This document shows positions 12,201 to 24,780 of a DNA stretch of 64,000 nt, piece after piece (position 1 is the stretch's first letter; every line of letters begins with the position of its first letter). Under the pieces are notes generated by a model that saw nothing but the letters and a program-made list of their open reading frames with translations, was not told the origin of the DNA and made no database searches. The translations under genes were made by a program, and so were the position numbers. Source of the DNA: Felis catus (Eukaryota); the NCBI RefSeq assembly GCF_018350175.1, contig NC_058368.1:69442001-69506000 (forward strand), given 5' to 3'.

Positions 12201-12359
12201 AAATTTAAAACTACATATTAGAATATATGAACATTAAAAACTTAAAAATACATATTAGAGCATATGACAAGGATGTTTTCACGCAAAGTGAGAGATCTGT
12301 AGTTAATCAGGCAACTAATCGTGTGATAATACGATTGATCCTAATAGTTTTTTCCAGTA

Positions 12360-14200
12360 TTTTATTCTTTATCACAGCTTTATTGAGTTATAAATCATAC
12401 ACTGTACATTTTTCCCATTTAAAATGTACAAGGCAATGGCTGTTAATACAGTTACAGAGTTTCATAATTATCTCCACAATCAACTTGGGAACATTTCATC
12501 CCCTCAAAAAGAACCCCCCCACCCCTTAACATTCAGTCCCAATTTCCCTCTAATTCCTCCAGCCTGAGGCAACCTCTGATCTTTCTGTCTCCACAGATCC
12601 TTGAGCTTTCCCATCAATGCAATCATACGCTATGTGGTCTACTGGCTTCTTTCACTTGGCATCATGTTTTCAAGGTTCATGGATAGGTTTCTTCCTATCA
12701 CCAACGATATTCCATTTACAGGTAAGTCATGTTTGGTTTACCCTTTCACCACCCGATGGACATTCAGGTTGTTTCCACTTTTTGGCTATTCTTAGTAATG
12801 CTCCTACAGACACTTAGGTGTAAGTTGTTAGGTGGAATATGTTTTCATTTCTCTTGGGTATATGCCTAGGAGTGGAATTCATCATTTTATCATATAAATT
12901 TCAAGCATACAGGTTGAAAAAATTTTATAGTGAACATGCTTCTAGCCACCACCAAGAGTCTATAATTAACATCTTATTCTCCTTTCTCTATCACCCATCT
13001 ATCCATCTATCTCTCTAGCCATCCATCAACTGGCCTTTTAAAATCTATTTCAAGGCAGGGGTGCCTGGGTGGCTCAGTTGGTTGGGGGTCCGACTTCAGC
13101 TCAGGTCATCATCTTGCGGTTCGTGAGTTCGAGCCCCACGTCGGGCTCTGTGCTGATGGCTGGAGCCTGCTTTGGATTCTTTGTCTCCCCTCTCTCCCTG
13201 CTCCTCCCCTGCTCACATGCTGTCTCTCTCTCAAAAATTAAAGATTAAAAAAAAATTTTTTTTAATCTTAAATCTATTTCAAGGTAAATGGCATAAGTCC
13301 TCTTTCTCCTAAGTACTTCAGCATTAATAGCATTCACTAGAGTTCAATATTTGCTCTGTTTCATTTCCTTTGAAGTACTGTTTACATATGATGAAATGCA
13401 CAAATCTCAAAGTCTATATTCACTAGATTTTCACAAAGTCCTCCATGTAAACCAAACTTCAGTCAGGACAAGTACATTATAATCACTCCAGGACGTTTTC
13501 TCATGTTGGTCTCCCAGCCAATCTCCACCGCAGAGGGAGAGCTTTCACAGACAGCCTCCATTGTGAGTTTTACCTTCATGTATTTGCTTTGCCCACCGTA
13601 AAGCATCATGCGAATGGAAAAGTACAGTATGCACTTTTGTGTGTGTGAAGGTCCTTTCTCAGCAAAATGTATTTGAGTTTCACCCACGTTGTCAATAGTT
13701 TATTCCTTTTTATTGTTGAATTATATATAAATTCATTGTGTATGAATGCACCGTACCTCACTTCTCCGTTCTCCTGTTGATGGGCATCTCTTTGCCCCCT
13801 CCACCCCCATTTTATTTGACTTTTGTTTAGTTTTATGAATAAAGCTGCTGTGAACATTTTGTACAAGCCTTTCTGTGGACATATGTTCTTGTTTTTCCTG
13901 CCTAAATGCATAGCAGTGGAGTTACTTGGTCTCACAGTGAGTGCATGTTTAACTTTATAGGGAACTGCCAGACTTTTTCCCAAAGTGGTTGTGCCATTTT
14001 ACATTTTCATCAGCAATATAGGAGTTTGAGCTGCTGTCTCCTCACCACGTTTTGATGTTGGTAGTCTTTTTAATGTTAGCAATCCTAGCGGATGAATAGA
14101 GTGTCTCCTATTTGTGGTTTGCACACTGAGAAGAAGCTCTCTCACCACTGGCTTTTCATACACCGCCTTCCGTTAAGTGTTCAAATCTTTTGATCATTTT
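12360..14200 (-). mobile_element. Cluster of old L1M fragments, with a Can-SINE at 13058-13270 (+)
   Basis: L1 3'UTR/ORF2-end motifs (GGACATTCAGGTTGTTTCCAC, AAAGTGGTTGTGCCATTTTACAT); SINE TSD AAATCTATTTCAAGG. Confidence 0.75.
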
Positions 14201-14218
14201 TAAAAGTTTTACTCTCTT

Positions 14219-14400
14219 GGGGCTCCTGAGTGGCTCAGTCGGTTAAGCGCCTGACTCCGGCTCAGGTCATGATTGAGTTCGAGCCCCACGTGGGGCTCTG
14301 CACTGACAGTGTGGAACCTGCTGGGGATTCTCTCTCTCTCCCTCTCTCTGCCCTTCCTCCACTCACGTTCTATCAAAACTAAATACATAAATATTTTTTA
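14219..14400 (+). mobile_element. Can-SINE
   Basis: TSD AAAAGTTTTACTCTCTT. Confidence 0.9.
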
Positions 14401-15179
14401 AAAGTTTTACTCTCTTCAATTATAGAGCAGTCCTGAAGAACCACTGATAATCTACAAAACTGCTCTATTTTTGAAGCATGTCTAGGAAAGGAAAATGTCC
14501 TCTCTTTCTCTCCCCAACCCTTCCCCTATCCCCCCCTTTTTTTTTGGTATTGCATAAATTCTAACTGCAAGAACTTCATGGGCTTCAGATTACTGTCATT
14601 TAAGTCCAGTTCTCTCGGTTTAACTCATTCAGAGTGAAAACAGTGATATTTAGAGATAATTTGTGGTCAGGCATTGCATACTTAGGTAGGCTATGCCTGG
14701 ATGTGTAATGGGGATTTTAATTTGTTAAAGAATGAAACTTACTTCATGAATAATTCCTCCTTATTGCTCCTTTCCCCCAGTATTCTTAATCTGTATGAAA
14801 GCTTAGAGGAATCATTCAACTAAGTACTTGCTTACTGCTCTGTGTGTCCTCCTTGGACTTCGTTCCTGAGGATCCGCGGAACAGGCTCTTGCTGGGAACA
14901 GCCACATGCCACTGCTTAGGACAAAGGTGTGGTTGTATTTAGGATTTGCTTTCTTTTCAAGGATTAAGAACTGTATTTAAGCAGCCTTGATCCAATGCAG
15001 GAGGATAAAGAAGCTGCTAAAGCCCAATTTGTGAAAAAACTACCCCCCCAGCCCCCCGACAGAGTTGGTGGTAATTTGAGGGTTAAGAGGACCCAATGTT
15101 CTCAGCTGTGCTGCAGGGAGGGTACAGCTTGAGGATGCGTCCGTGTGGGCCAACTGTCCCTCATCATATCCAGGTGATT

Positions 15180-15384
15180 TCTTTTTAATTTTATTTTGTA
15201 TTTAAAGTTTATTTATTTTGAGAGAGAGAGAGAGAGGCACAGAGAGGGAGAGAGATTCCCAAGCAGGTTTCACACTGTCGGCTCTGAGCCCAACATGGGG
15301 CTTGAACTCATGAACCATGAGATCGTGACCTGAGCCAAAATCAAGAGTCGGACGCTTAACCGACTGAGGCACCCAGGTGCCCCA
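15180..15384 (-). mobile_element. Can-SINE
   Basis: Head, (GA)n and T tail. Confidence 0.9.
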
Positions 15385-15979
15385 TTCTTCTTATGATCCT
15401 TATGGATCTTCAGCAGCAATTGTTGAACATGTTTCTTTATTTTTGCCTTAAAGTGTGTGAAGATCCAATTTAAATAAGGGGATAATTATGCAATACATAT
15501 GGATCTCCAACCACAGGTTACTAAACATCAGAGTTATTTTGCATAGGCCGTCGTACATGAGATCGATGAGACAGAGATTTGCTATCTTGACTGTGGACAT
15601 ACACATGTGTATGTGCACATAGATACATGGGGGCAGAGACATACAGATAGAGATACCCTTCCCCACCCCATTCCTACTTCAGTTCTCGGTGCATCTTGAA
15701 CAGTGAAAATGCTTCAAGTAACCATCAACAGTGATACACTATCCCCTTATGCCTCATTTCATTCTCTGAGAATCAAAAGGCAAGATCACAGGCCAGATTC
15801 AAAATCATTGCGCTCTGTGACATTCCTCTGGTTTCCTCCTAAACTTCTCCTTTCGAAAGTGAACTGGAAAAAATATGTCACAAAGGGCACTTACTTTCTA
15901 TCCTCTTCCATTTTCTATCCTAAAAGAAGTATGTTTTTAAGGTTTTTCTCCAGCTGTCCCAGACATATGGATATAGAGG

Positions 15980-16190
15980 CACAAGGCAGCCTAATGGGGA
16001 AGTACAGCATAGTCTCCGAAGCCTGACTGACTTTGAATTCCCTTCTCTGCCATTTACTAGCTGTGTGAGCTTGAGTAAGTTCCTTAGCCACTCTGCGCTT
16101 CTGTTTCCTCATTTGTAAAATGGGGATAACACAGCTCCTACTTTCTAAGGTTGATGTGTCAGTTAAATGAGCTAATATTCACTAACAGCC
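15980..16190 (+). mobile_element. MIR SINE
   Basis: MIR core TCTGCCATTTACTAGCTGTGTGAGCTTG ... GTTTCCTCATTTGTAAAATGGGGATAA. Confidence 0.85.
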
Positions 16191-16289
16191 ATATGTTTTG
16201 GCCATTACTATCTTTATAAATAGCAAAAACCCTGTAGTTAAAGGTAAAACTTCCCCAGTTACTCTTACCAAGGTATAATACGATTATTT

Positions 16290-17160
16290 TTTAGAACCAG
16301 ACAAAATTCATCTGGAAAATAATTATGTAAACCTAGCCAGGAAACCTTTGAAATTACGGGGTATAAGTTCTATCACATAGTGAAATATAATATAAAGCTA
16401 TGCACACAAACATTTTGTTACTGGGACAGGAATAGGCAGCCAGAATTGGCATTTTGAACAAGTGTAGAGAGATGATTATTATTATCTGGGTTATTACTCT
16501 GCATATGATTATTTTTATTATTATTCAAATGGTGTTTGTAGTTTAGAAAAAGGCAAAGTTGGTTCTATGTCCTATTTCTTATGCCAAAATAAATACTATG
16601 TAGATCAATTTTATGAAAATAAACTGTTAAAGTGTGAAAATATAGTGATTTTTTTTAAAGCTGGGAAAAACCTTTTCAAGTATGATGCAAACATGTGAAA
16701 TCGTACAGCAAACAATGGTCAGGGCACCTGGCTGGCTCAGTTGGTGGGGCATATGATTTCTTATCTCAGGGTCATGAGCTGGAACCCCACGTTGGGCATG
16801 GAGTTTACTTAAAAAAAAAGCCAACAGTGATAAATCTGACAATATAAAAATTAAGAATTTCTTGTCACAAAAACAGGTATCAGAAACAAATATAAAAACA
16901 GAAAAAAATACCCACTATATGGGAGCAAAGGACTAATTTCCTTACCTATGAAGATATTATGAATCAACAAGAAAAAGACAGACAACCCAATGGCTAAATG
17001 AGCAAAGGATATAAAGTCAATTCATGGACGAAGAAACGTCCAGGGATGATAAAGAATAGGATTCCATTGTACGTACAAGATTGACAAATATTAAAAGTCT
17101 GCCAATACCTAGAGTGGGTCAAAGTGTAAGCAGTAAGCATTCTCAAGCACCGTTAGTGGG
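16290..17160 (+). mobile_element. Old L1ME-like ORF2 fragment (resumes ~19357-19450); short SINE at 16722-16820
   Basis: A-rich decayed ORF2 (AAGAAAAAGACAGACAACCCAATGGCTAAATGAGCAAAGGATAT). Confidence 0.65.
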
Positions 17161-17954
17161 TGTTCTGGTTATCCACTGCTTCATAGCCAGCCCTGCAAAG
17201 TTTCATGGCATAAAATAACCATTTTACCATAGATTTTGTGGATCGGGAATTTGGAAAGGGCACAATGGGGATGGATCTTCTCTGCTTCACAGCATCCTTA
17301 GCTGGTATGACCCAAAGGCTGGGGTGGCCGGAAAGGCTTGAGATAGTTGGGATAGGCACAGTGAGGCTGGACAACACCTTCTTACTCACTTCCCCGTACC
17401 TGGGTTCAGATGGTAAAAGATGGGCTCATCTGGGACTTTCAGTTGGAATACCACTGTGTGGCCTCTTGATTACGTGGTCTTGGGATAGTTGGGACTTCTT
17501 CTTTTTTTGTTTAATGCTTTTTTTTTTTTACCTTTATTCGTTTTTCAGAGACAGAGAGAGAGCATGAGCAGGGGAGGGGCAGAGAGAGGGAGACTCAAAA
17601 TCTGAAGCAGGCTCCAGGCTCTGAGCTGTCAGCACAGAGCCCGACTCGGGGCTCGAACTCATTGAATGGTGAGATCATGACCTGAGCCGAAGTCGGATGC
17701 CCAACCGATTGAGCCACCTAGGCAACCTGGTATAGTTGGGACTTCTTGCATGGCAGGTCAGGGCTCCAAGAGCAAGTATATGCAGAGAAGAAGCTAGAAG
17801 CTTCATGGCTTTTTATGACCAAGTCACATAGCATCACCTCCACTCTACCGACTGAGTCACAAGCTTGTCCAGACTCAGAGGGAGCAGACATGGATACCAC
17901 TTCTTCATGAGAGGCGTGTCAAAGAATCTGTGGCCATGTTTTGAAAACACCACA
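17161..17954 (-). mobile_element. MLT1 (H/F-like) solo LTR containing a Can-SINE (17503-17727)
   Basis: TG...CA termini flanked by GTGG; SINE TSD ATAGTTGGGACTTCTT. Confidence 0.72.
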
Positions 17955-17958
17955 GTGG

Positions 17959-19342
17959 TTCCATACAAATTTTAGGATTGTTTTTATTGGACCCACAAAA
18001 GTATGGCCAACTAATCTTTGACAAAGCAGGAAAGAATATCCAATGGAAAAAAGACAGTCTTTTTAACAAATGGTGCTGGGAGAACTGGACAGCAACATGC
18101 AGAAGAATGAAACTAGACCACTTTCTTACACCATTCACAAAAATAAACTCAAAATGGATAAAGGACCTGAATGTGAGACAGGAAACCATCAAAACCCTAG
18201 AGGAGAAAGCAGGAAAAAACCTCTCTGACCTCAGCCGTAGCAATTTCTTACTCGACACATCTCCAAAGGCAAGGGAATTAAAAGCAAAAATGAACTATTG
18301 GGACCTCATGAAGATATAAAGCTTCTGCACTGCAAAGGAAACAATCAACAAAACTAAAAGGCAACCAAAGGAATGGGAAAAGATATTTGCAAATGACACA
18401 TCAGACAAAGGGCTAGTATCCAAAATCTATAAAGAGCTCACCAAACTCCACACCCGAAAAACAAATAATCCAGTAAAGAAATGGGCAGAAAACATGAATA
18501 GACACTTCTCTAAAGAAGACATACAGATGGCCAACAGGCACATGAAAAGAGGCTAAACGTCACTCCTCATCTGGGAAATACAAATCAAAACCACACTCAG
18601 ATATCACCTCACGCCAGTCAGAGTGGCCAAAATGAACAAATCGGGACACTATAGATGCTGGCGAGGATGTGGAGAAAGGGGAGCCCTCTTGCACTATTGG
18701 TGGGAATGCAAACTGGTGCAGCTTCTCTGGAAAACAGTGTGGAGGTTCCTCAAAAAATTAAAAATAGATCTACCCTATGACCCAGCAATAGCACTGCTAG
18801 GAATTCACCCAAGGGATACAGGAGTGCTGATGCACAGGGGCACTTGTACCCCAATGTTTATAGCAGTACTTTCAACAATAGCCAAATTATGGAAATAGCC
18901 TAAATGTCCCTCCACTGACGAATGGATAAAGAAATTGTGGTTTATATACAAAATGGAATACTACTTGGCAAAGAGAAAGAATGAAATACAGCCTTTTGTA
19001 GCAACATGGATGGAACTGGAGAGTGTTATGCTAAGTGATATAAGTCATGCAGAGAAAGACAGATACCATGTTTTCACTCTTATGTGGATCCTGAAAAACT
19101 TAACAGAAGGCCATGGGGGAGGGGCAGGGGGAAAAAAAGTTAAAGAGGGAGGGAGGCAAACCATAGGAGACTCTTAAAAATTGAGAAGAAACTGAGGGTT
19201 GATGGGTGGTGCGAGGGAGGGGAATGTGGGTGATGGGCATTGAGGAGAGCACCTGTTGGGATGAGCACTGGGTATTGTATGGAAACCAATTTGACAATAA
19301 ATTTCATATTAAAAAATAATAAAATTTAAAAAAAAACAAAAG
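17959..19342 (+). mobile_element. 5'-truncated, 5'-inverted carnivore L1 (ORF2 C-terminus, 3'UTR, poly(A))
   Basis: ORF2 peptides [33 protein letters not shown] and CWRGCGERGALLHYWWEC with stop codons; G-rich 3'UTR; A tail; TSD AAACACCACRGTGG at 17945-17958 and 19343-19356. Confidence 0.96.
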
Positions 19343-19862
19343 AAACACCACGGTGGAAGAAGAAATTCTGGCACCATCTTTGGAGGGGGATTTTGCAATC
19401 TCTACCAAGATTTAATATGCAACTACCTTTTGAGCCAAAAGTGTCCTATATGGATAGTCGCTGGGTCTATCTTCTCTACCTTTCCTCCACAGTCTCCCCT
19501 TAACCTTTTCTCTACCTGGTTTCTGCTGCCACCATTAAGATCCCTTTCCTTCCTAGATCTAGAACCTACTCTGCAACATAATTAAGTCCTCATCTCTAGA
19601 ACCCTTCTTGGATTCTATAAATTTTACAATCTCCATTCCTTCTCTGCAATTCAGTATCTGCTGGTTCCATGAAAGGGGAGCAGCTCTGAGCATGTGGTAA
19701 CTCTGTCCCCATGGGTAGTAGGGCTCCAGAAAGAGTAGGGCTCTGTTCTGCTCGAAATCCCAAGATTTTATTTCCTCTCTACTATAAGGGAGATTCATAT
19801 TCTCCTTACTGACTTACCTTTGGACGTGCTTCTTCTAATTCTACTACTCTTACTATAGGATG

Positions 19863-20354
19863 CTGTGTGCTTTTAGTTATCCATTGCTGCATAACAAATT
19901 ACCCCACAACTCAGGGCTTAACACAATGACATTTATCATCTCATACTTTCTGTGGGCCAAGAAGCTAGGCATGGCTTAGCTGGGTCCTTGGGCTCTGGAT
20001 TTCTCACAATGCTGCGATCATTTCAAGGCTCGACTGGGAAGGATCCCCTTCCTAGCTCCCTCCTGATATTATCACAGGATTCAGTGCCTCAAGGGCCTAA
20101 ATAAAGCCTCATTTCTTCACCACATCCCTTTGTTCCTTGCCATATGGGTCCTTCATAGGACACCTCCCAATATGGCGCTGGCTTCGTCAAAGGCAGGCAA
20201 GAGAGAGTGTCTTTTGTAAGCTAATCATGGGAGTGACATCACGTCCCGGTTCCATGTTCTGTACATGAGCAGTGAGGAACTCACTGACCCTTGGTCAGGG
20301 TGAGGGGAATGTGCAGAATGGGAGTGTTAGGAGTCACGGCTGGAGCTGCCCACA
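19863..20354 (-). mobile_element. MLT1F/G-like LTR
   Basis: TTAGTTATCCATTGCTGCATAACAAATTACCCCACAAC start; ends CTGCCCACA. Confidence 0.7.
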
Positions 20355-20834
20355 AGTGCTATGGGCAAATCCCCTGTTCCCTGACAGGTTGAATGTGGAT
20401 TCTCATGTTACTGACAGTGCATATTCTCACATCCAGAGGTTTGCATTGCCCTAAACCCAGAGGCTGCCCTGATCCGGAAAGGTAGGGTCCCCCCATGGTG
20501 GTGTGTTTTGTGTCTCTCGGTGATGGTAACTATGGAATAAGAAGTTTCTTTTCACTGTGACACATGATGGCTTTAGCATAAAAGATTTACTCACACTTTT
20601 GTCTAAGCTTAGAACATTTCTGAGGACTGTGAACCCTTGGGAAACTGATCTCTTGAGAAGTGGGTCTGGGAATTCAGGGAAGGGTCCCTCATATGTTTTA
20701 CTTAATACCTTTCTGTCCTGCTTGATTATTTCTTAATTTACCACGTACACTCATTTATTGTAATAAAAGCCAGCTAACATTAACGAAGAGAAAAGTTAAG
20801 AACGGGGTAACCACTGAATTCAGAAAGATTTCTT

Positions 20835-21264
20835 GGGGCGCCGGGGTGGCTCAGTCAGTTAAGTGTTGGACTCTTGATTTTAGCTCAGGTCATGACCTCA
20901 CAGTTTGTGAGTTCGAGCCCCGCATGGGGCTCTGTGCAGAGCCTGCTTGGGATTCTCTCTCTCTCTCCCCCTCTCTCTCTGCCCTTCCCCCACTCTTCCT
21001 CTCTCAAAATAAATAAATAAAGTTAAAAAAAAAAGAAAGATTTCTCAAAGTTTATTTATTTATTTTGAAAGAGAGAGAGCACGAGAGAGTGTGCATGCAC
21101 ACACACGTGTGCACCAGCAGGGGAGGGGCAGAGAGAATCTCAAGCCGGCTCCTCACTGTCAGCGCTGAGCCCTACGAGGGGCTTGATCTCATGAACCATG
21201 AATGAGATCATAGCCTGAGCCAAAATCAAGAGTCAGATGCCTAAGTGAGCCACCCAGGTGCCCC
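20835..21264. mobile_element. Tail-to-tail Can-SINE pair (+ 20835-21034, - 21046-21264)
   Basis: Target motif AAGATTTCT present three times. Confidence 0.9.
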
Positions 21265-21979
21265 TGGGAAGATTTCTACATAACCCCATGTCACGAGACA
21301 AAAAGGGGATCTAGTTAATTGCAAATTTGTATAGCCTGCAAGGGAAGCACAAATGAAAAAATAAGCGAGGGCGTCAATTTTTTCACAGGTTGACTGTGCA
21401 GGTGGCAGATTTTGCAGGACAGATGTCCCTGGCTTTTCAGGTAGAGGAATTTAAAAAGTGCTTTCAATGAGATGAAGTACAAAGCACAGAATGTTCTAAA
21501 GAGCTGTTAGGAAGCTAGAGGTGGGGTGGGGTGGGGGGGTGGTTCTCCAGCCTCTCTCAGTTGGAGCCCTCAGCCTGCCCTCCTCTCTCTTCTCCTGTAT
21601 TAACTCTCTCCGCAGGCCTGCAGACACTCTCAGATTGCCTCTGTGAAAAGTCACCTTGCCTCAAACACGCTGGTAATATTAAGGTAATAAAACAGCATTA
21701 GATGTGGGGTGATTGTACATGTGCTAAGAGCAAAACAACACAAACCTTGTTTCAGACCTAGAAAGAAGAAAAAGAGACCTAAGGCAAGCAGAAATGTGTG
21801 TCTTCCAAAGAGAGGGACTGGGAAAACGTCACTTTTCTAATTTTCAGATTTCTATAGGTTTTTGGTTTAGTTGTGAGGTATGGCTTAGCACCTTGCTTGC
21901 CACTCACCGCAGTAGCCCCTTGACTAGCAGAAAACACAGAAAGCTTGGTAGAAATAGTGTCCCAAACCAGGGGCCGTGG

Positions 21980-22157
21980 GGGGTGGGGTGGGGCACAGTC
22001 AGTTAAGCGACGGACTCTTGATCTTGGCTCAGGTCATGAGATCCAGCCCTATGTTGGGCTCTGTGCTGATAATGTGGAGCCTGCTTCACTCTCTCTCTGC
22101 CCCTTCCCTGCTTGTGCTCTCTCTCTCAAAATAAATAAATAAATTAAAAAAAAAAAA
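21980..22157 (+). mobile_element. Can-SINE
   Basis: Body, (CT)n and A tail; TSD-like AAATAGTGTC / AAATCGTGTC. Confidence 0.85.
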
Positions 22158-22169
22158 TCGTGTCTCACC

Positions 22170-22625
22170 TGAACCCAGAATCTGCATTTTAACAAGATCC
22201 TCAGGTGATTCATGTATACTTGAAAACAGTAATTGTTCTCAAACCTGGCTTCACATTGGAATCACCCACAGAACTTTAAAAAGCCTGAGGGCTGGGTCCC
22301 AACCCCATAAATCCTGATGTACTTGTCTGAAGTAAAGCCTGGGTGATGTTTTTTTTAAAATCTGAGGTGATTCCAGGACTCCAAACCATCATGCTAAGAT
22401 AGTGGCTGGAGTGTGGGCCCAGCATACCCGTTAAAGGAATGCAAATTCTCAGCCCCACCCCAGAGCTACAGACTCAGCCTGAGGATCTAAGTTGAATCAG
22501 CCCTGCAGGTGATTGGAGAACCTGATAAGGTAGGTCTAGGGTACGGGCCCCCCAATTTACCTTTCTGGATGTTTCCAGGTGTTGCTGCTGCAGGTGTGTG
22601 AGAGCCACACTTAGAAGCATTGGCC
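22170..22625. mobile_element. MER5A/MER5B hAT MITE cluster
   Basis: GAATCTGCATTTTAACAAGATCCTCAGGTGATTC, TTCTCAAACCTGGCT, ATGCAAATTCTCAGCCCCACCCCAGA. Confidence 0.7.
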
Positions 22626-22735
22626 TAAACCCTCTGATCAATGGTTTATCAAAGGCCACACAGCTGGTCAGAACCCACTGTTTCTTTTCAGCCTATCTGC
22701 TGTTTCTTCTTTGGTCAGAGGCCTACAATGCACTC

Positions 22736-23112
22736 TTTTTTTTTTTTTTTTTTAAGTTTATATACTTATTTTGAGAGAGAGAGCCTGAGCAGAGAGGAGG
22801 GGCAGAAAGAGAGAGGGAGAAAGAGAAGCCCAAGCAGGCTCCTGGATGTGGGCACAAAGCCAGAGGCGGGGCTGGATCTCACCATTGAATCAAGAGTCCG
22901 ACGCTCAGCAGGCTGACCCAACAACACGCCCCTGTTCTTTACTTCCACTGTCACCAAATACGCAAGGGTTAAAAAAGGAAAAAATACAGGGGGGCACTTG
23001 GGTGGCTCAGGCAGTTGGGCATCGGACTCTTGATTTCAGCTCAGGTCTTGATCCCAGGATCGTGGGATGGAGCTCCGACTCTGGCTTTGCACTGAGTGTG
23101 GAGGCTGCTGAA

Positions 23113-23148
<36 letters not shown>

Positions 23149-23200
23149 CTCCCCTGCTCTCGGGCTCTATCTGGGGAAAAAAAAAATAAAGCCTTTGGCT
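22736..23200. mobile_element. Head-to-head Can-SINE pair (- 22736-22932, + 22990-23200)
   Basis: Two diverged SINEs pointing apart, just upstream of the CpG island. Confidence 0.85.
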
Positions 23201-24301
23201 AAAAAAACAAACAAACAAAAAAAAAAAAAACAAAAAAAACCCCCAAAAACGAAAAACCAAACAGGTCAGCACCTTATACCCAAAATATGTCTCTTTGCTC
23301 CTCTCCAGGAATTACTCATACAGGTACCCCCTGTACTTCTAATGCGTCCTGTTCTTGTGCCAAGCCCCACTGCGGGCTCCTGCCCGCTCCCTTGTGGCTT
23401 CTCCCATGAAACCTGTCCATCTGGTTTGAGGACTGTGAACTCCTCAGAGGCACAAAACGACCGGGGTAGCCTCGGGATCTAGCTGAGAGCTGCTTCGGTC
23501 TCTGAGCTGCTGCCGCCCGCCCTTTCCCCTCCACGAGTAGAAAGTCTACAGCGAGATAAAGGCTGCATGAGGGGCTCGGGAAGGGGGAGATGGAGCCGGT
23601 GAAGCGGGGGCTCCTTGCTGGAGGGTGGGGACAGTAACTGTGTCCCCCGCCCTAGGTCCCTGCCTCCTCAAGCCATCTTACTCCCTCCCCCATTAAATTC
23701 CGCAAACCAGCTCCCAACCTATTTCACTCCTCTCCCCCGCTGGGCGTTGCTCCTGTTCCTGGAGGTGGGGCAAGTGGGGGGTGGGGGTGGGGAGGTGGGG
23801 ACTGTACTGGGAATCGCCTGGGTGGAAAACACTGGGCCGTGGCGGGGGGAGGTGGCAACCGCCCCTTCGGGATTAAGTCGCTCGCAGCCCAGGGTGGTGC
23901 CGGAAGCCCGCTCGTGTGGCTTGGGAGGGGAAGGTGCTCGTGGGTCCCTGCAAATCGCCGCTTCCCGCGCGACAACGTAAAGTCCTAGGTGGGCACACAG
24001 GCACCCCCTTGCATGACCTCAGCCAGTGAGTTGCAGAGACCGCGCCGCCGACCGCCCTGCAGCAGCTCCTGGTTAAGCCGGTGCGCTCGTCTCCCGCTCT
24101 CCTTAGATCGCTTTCAACCACAGCAGCAGGATTGGCGTGTCCCTGGTGGCGCAGCGCTCTCCTCAGCGCTTCCTGCGCTGGGTTCGGTGGCGCAGCGCAG
24201 AGACTCGGGTTCTGGCTGTAGGACCAAGTAAGGCACAGATCCGAGGTGGGCTCTCGGGGTCCAGGAGGGGCTCTCCGGGCTGGTGCTCCCCCCCCCCCCC
24301 C

Positions 24302-24319
24302 AGCCGCCCCCTGGCGCAC
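24302..24319 (-). promoter_or_regulatory. Candidate CTCF site
   Basis: Minus strand GTGCGCCAGGGGGCGGCT closely matches the CTCF core CCRSYAGRKGGCRS. Confidence 0.5.
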
Positions 24320-24709
24320 CTGCCCCCCAGGGCGGAGCGGGGCGGGGCACGCTGGCGCGCAGGTCGCCGGCCCGGACGCTGGAGGGGGCTGTGGCTCTCC
24401 CGCTGTCCCCGCGGCTCCGGCGGCGCGGCGCCCAAGCTCCCCCCCGCCGCCGAGGGGCTGGCCCAGGCCCGGGGAGGGGCGCGATCGCCTTCACTTCCCG
24501 CTCGCCGGCCTCGGAGGCGGCGGGTCCCGCGCGGGCGCAGGGCTGCGGGCGCTCGGCTGGGGCGCGGGGCGGAGACGCGGCCGCCGCCCGCTTTGCGCCG
24601 CTCCTCCCCGCGCGAGTGGCACTCGGCCGGGCGTCGAGGCGGCCATGGCGACCCTGAGCCCGCTCCCCACCCACCCCGCCTGCTCCGCCCTCCCCTCCGC
24701 CCCGCGCCA

Positions 24710-24717
24710 CCTTTGAT
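24710..24717 (+). promoter_or_regulatory. TCF/LEF consensus motif
   Basis: CCTTTGAT within an otherwise almost pure GC context. Confidence 0.4.
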
Positions 24718-24780
24718 GGCTCGGACCTCGGCCGGCCACCGCCAGCCCCGCTCGCGCTCCCGCGCCGCCGCCGCCCGCGG

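Noticed and set aside
17978..19177. ORF2-like ORFs as a functional gene
   Set aside because: Truncated L1 with in-frame stops, lacking the endonuclease and RT domains; the zinc-knuckle HC reads HY
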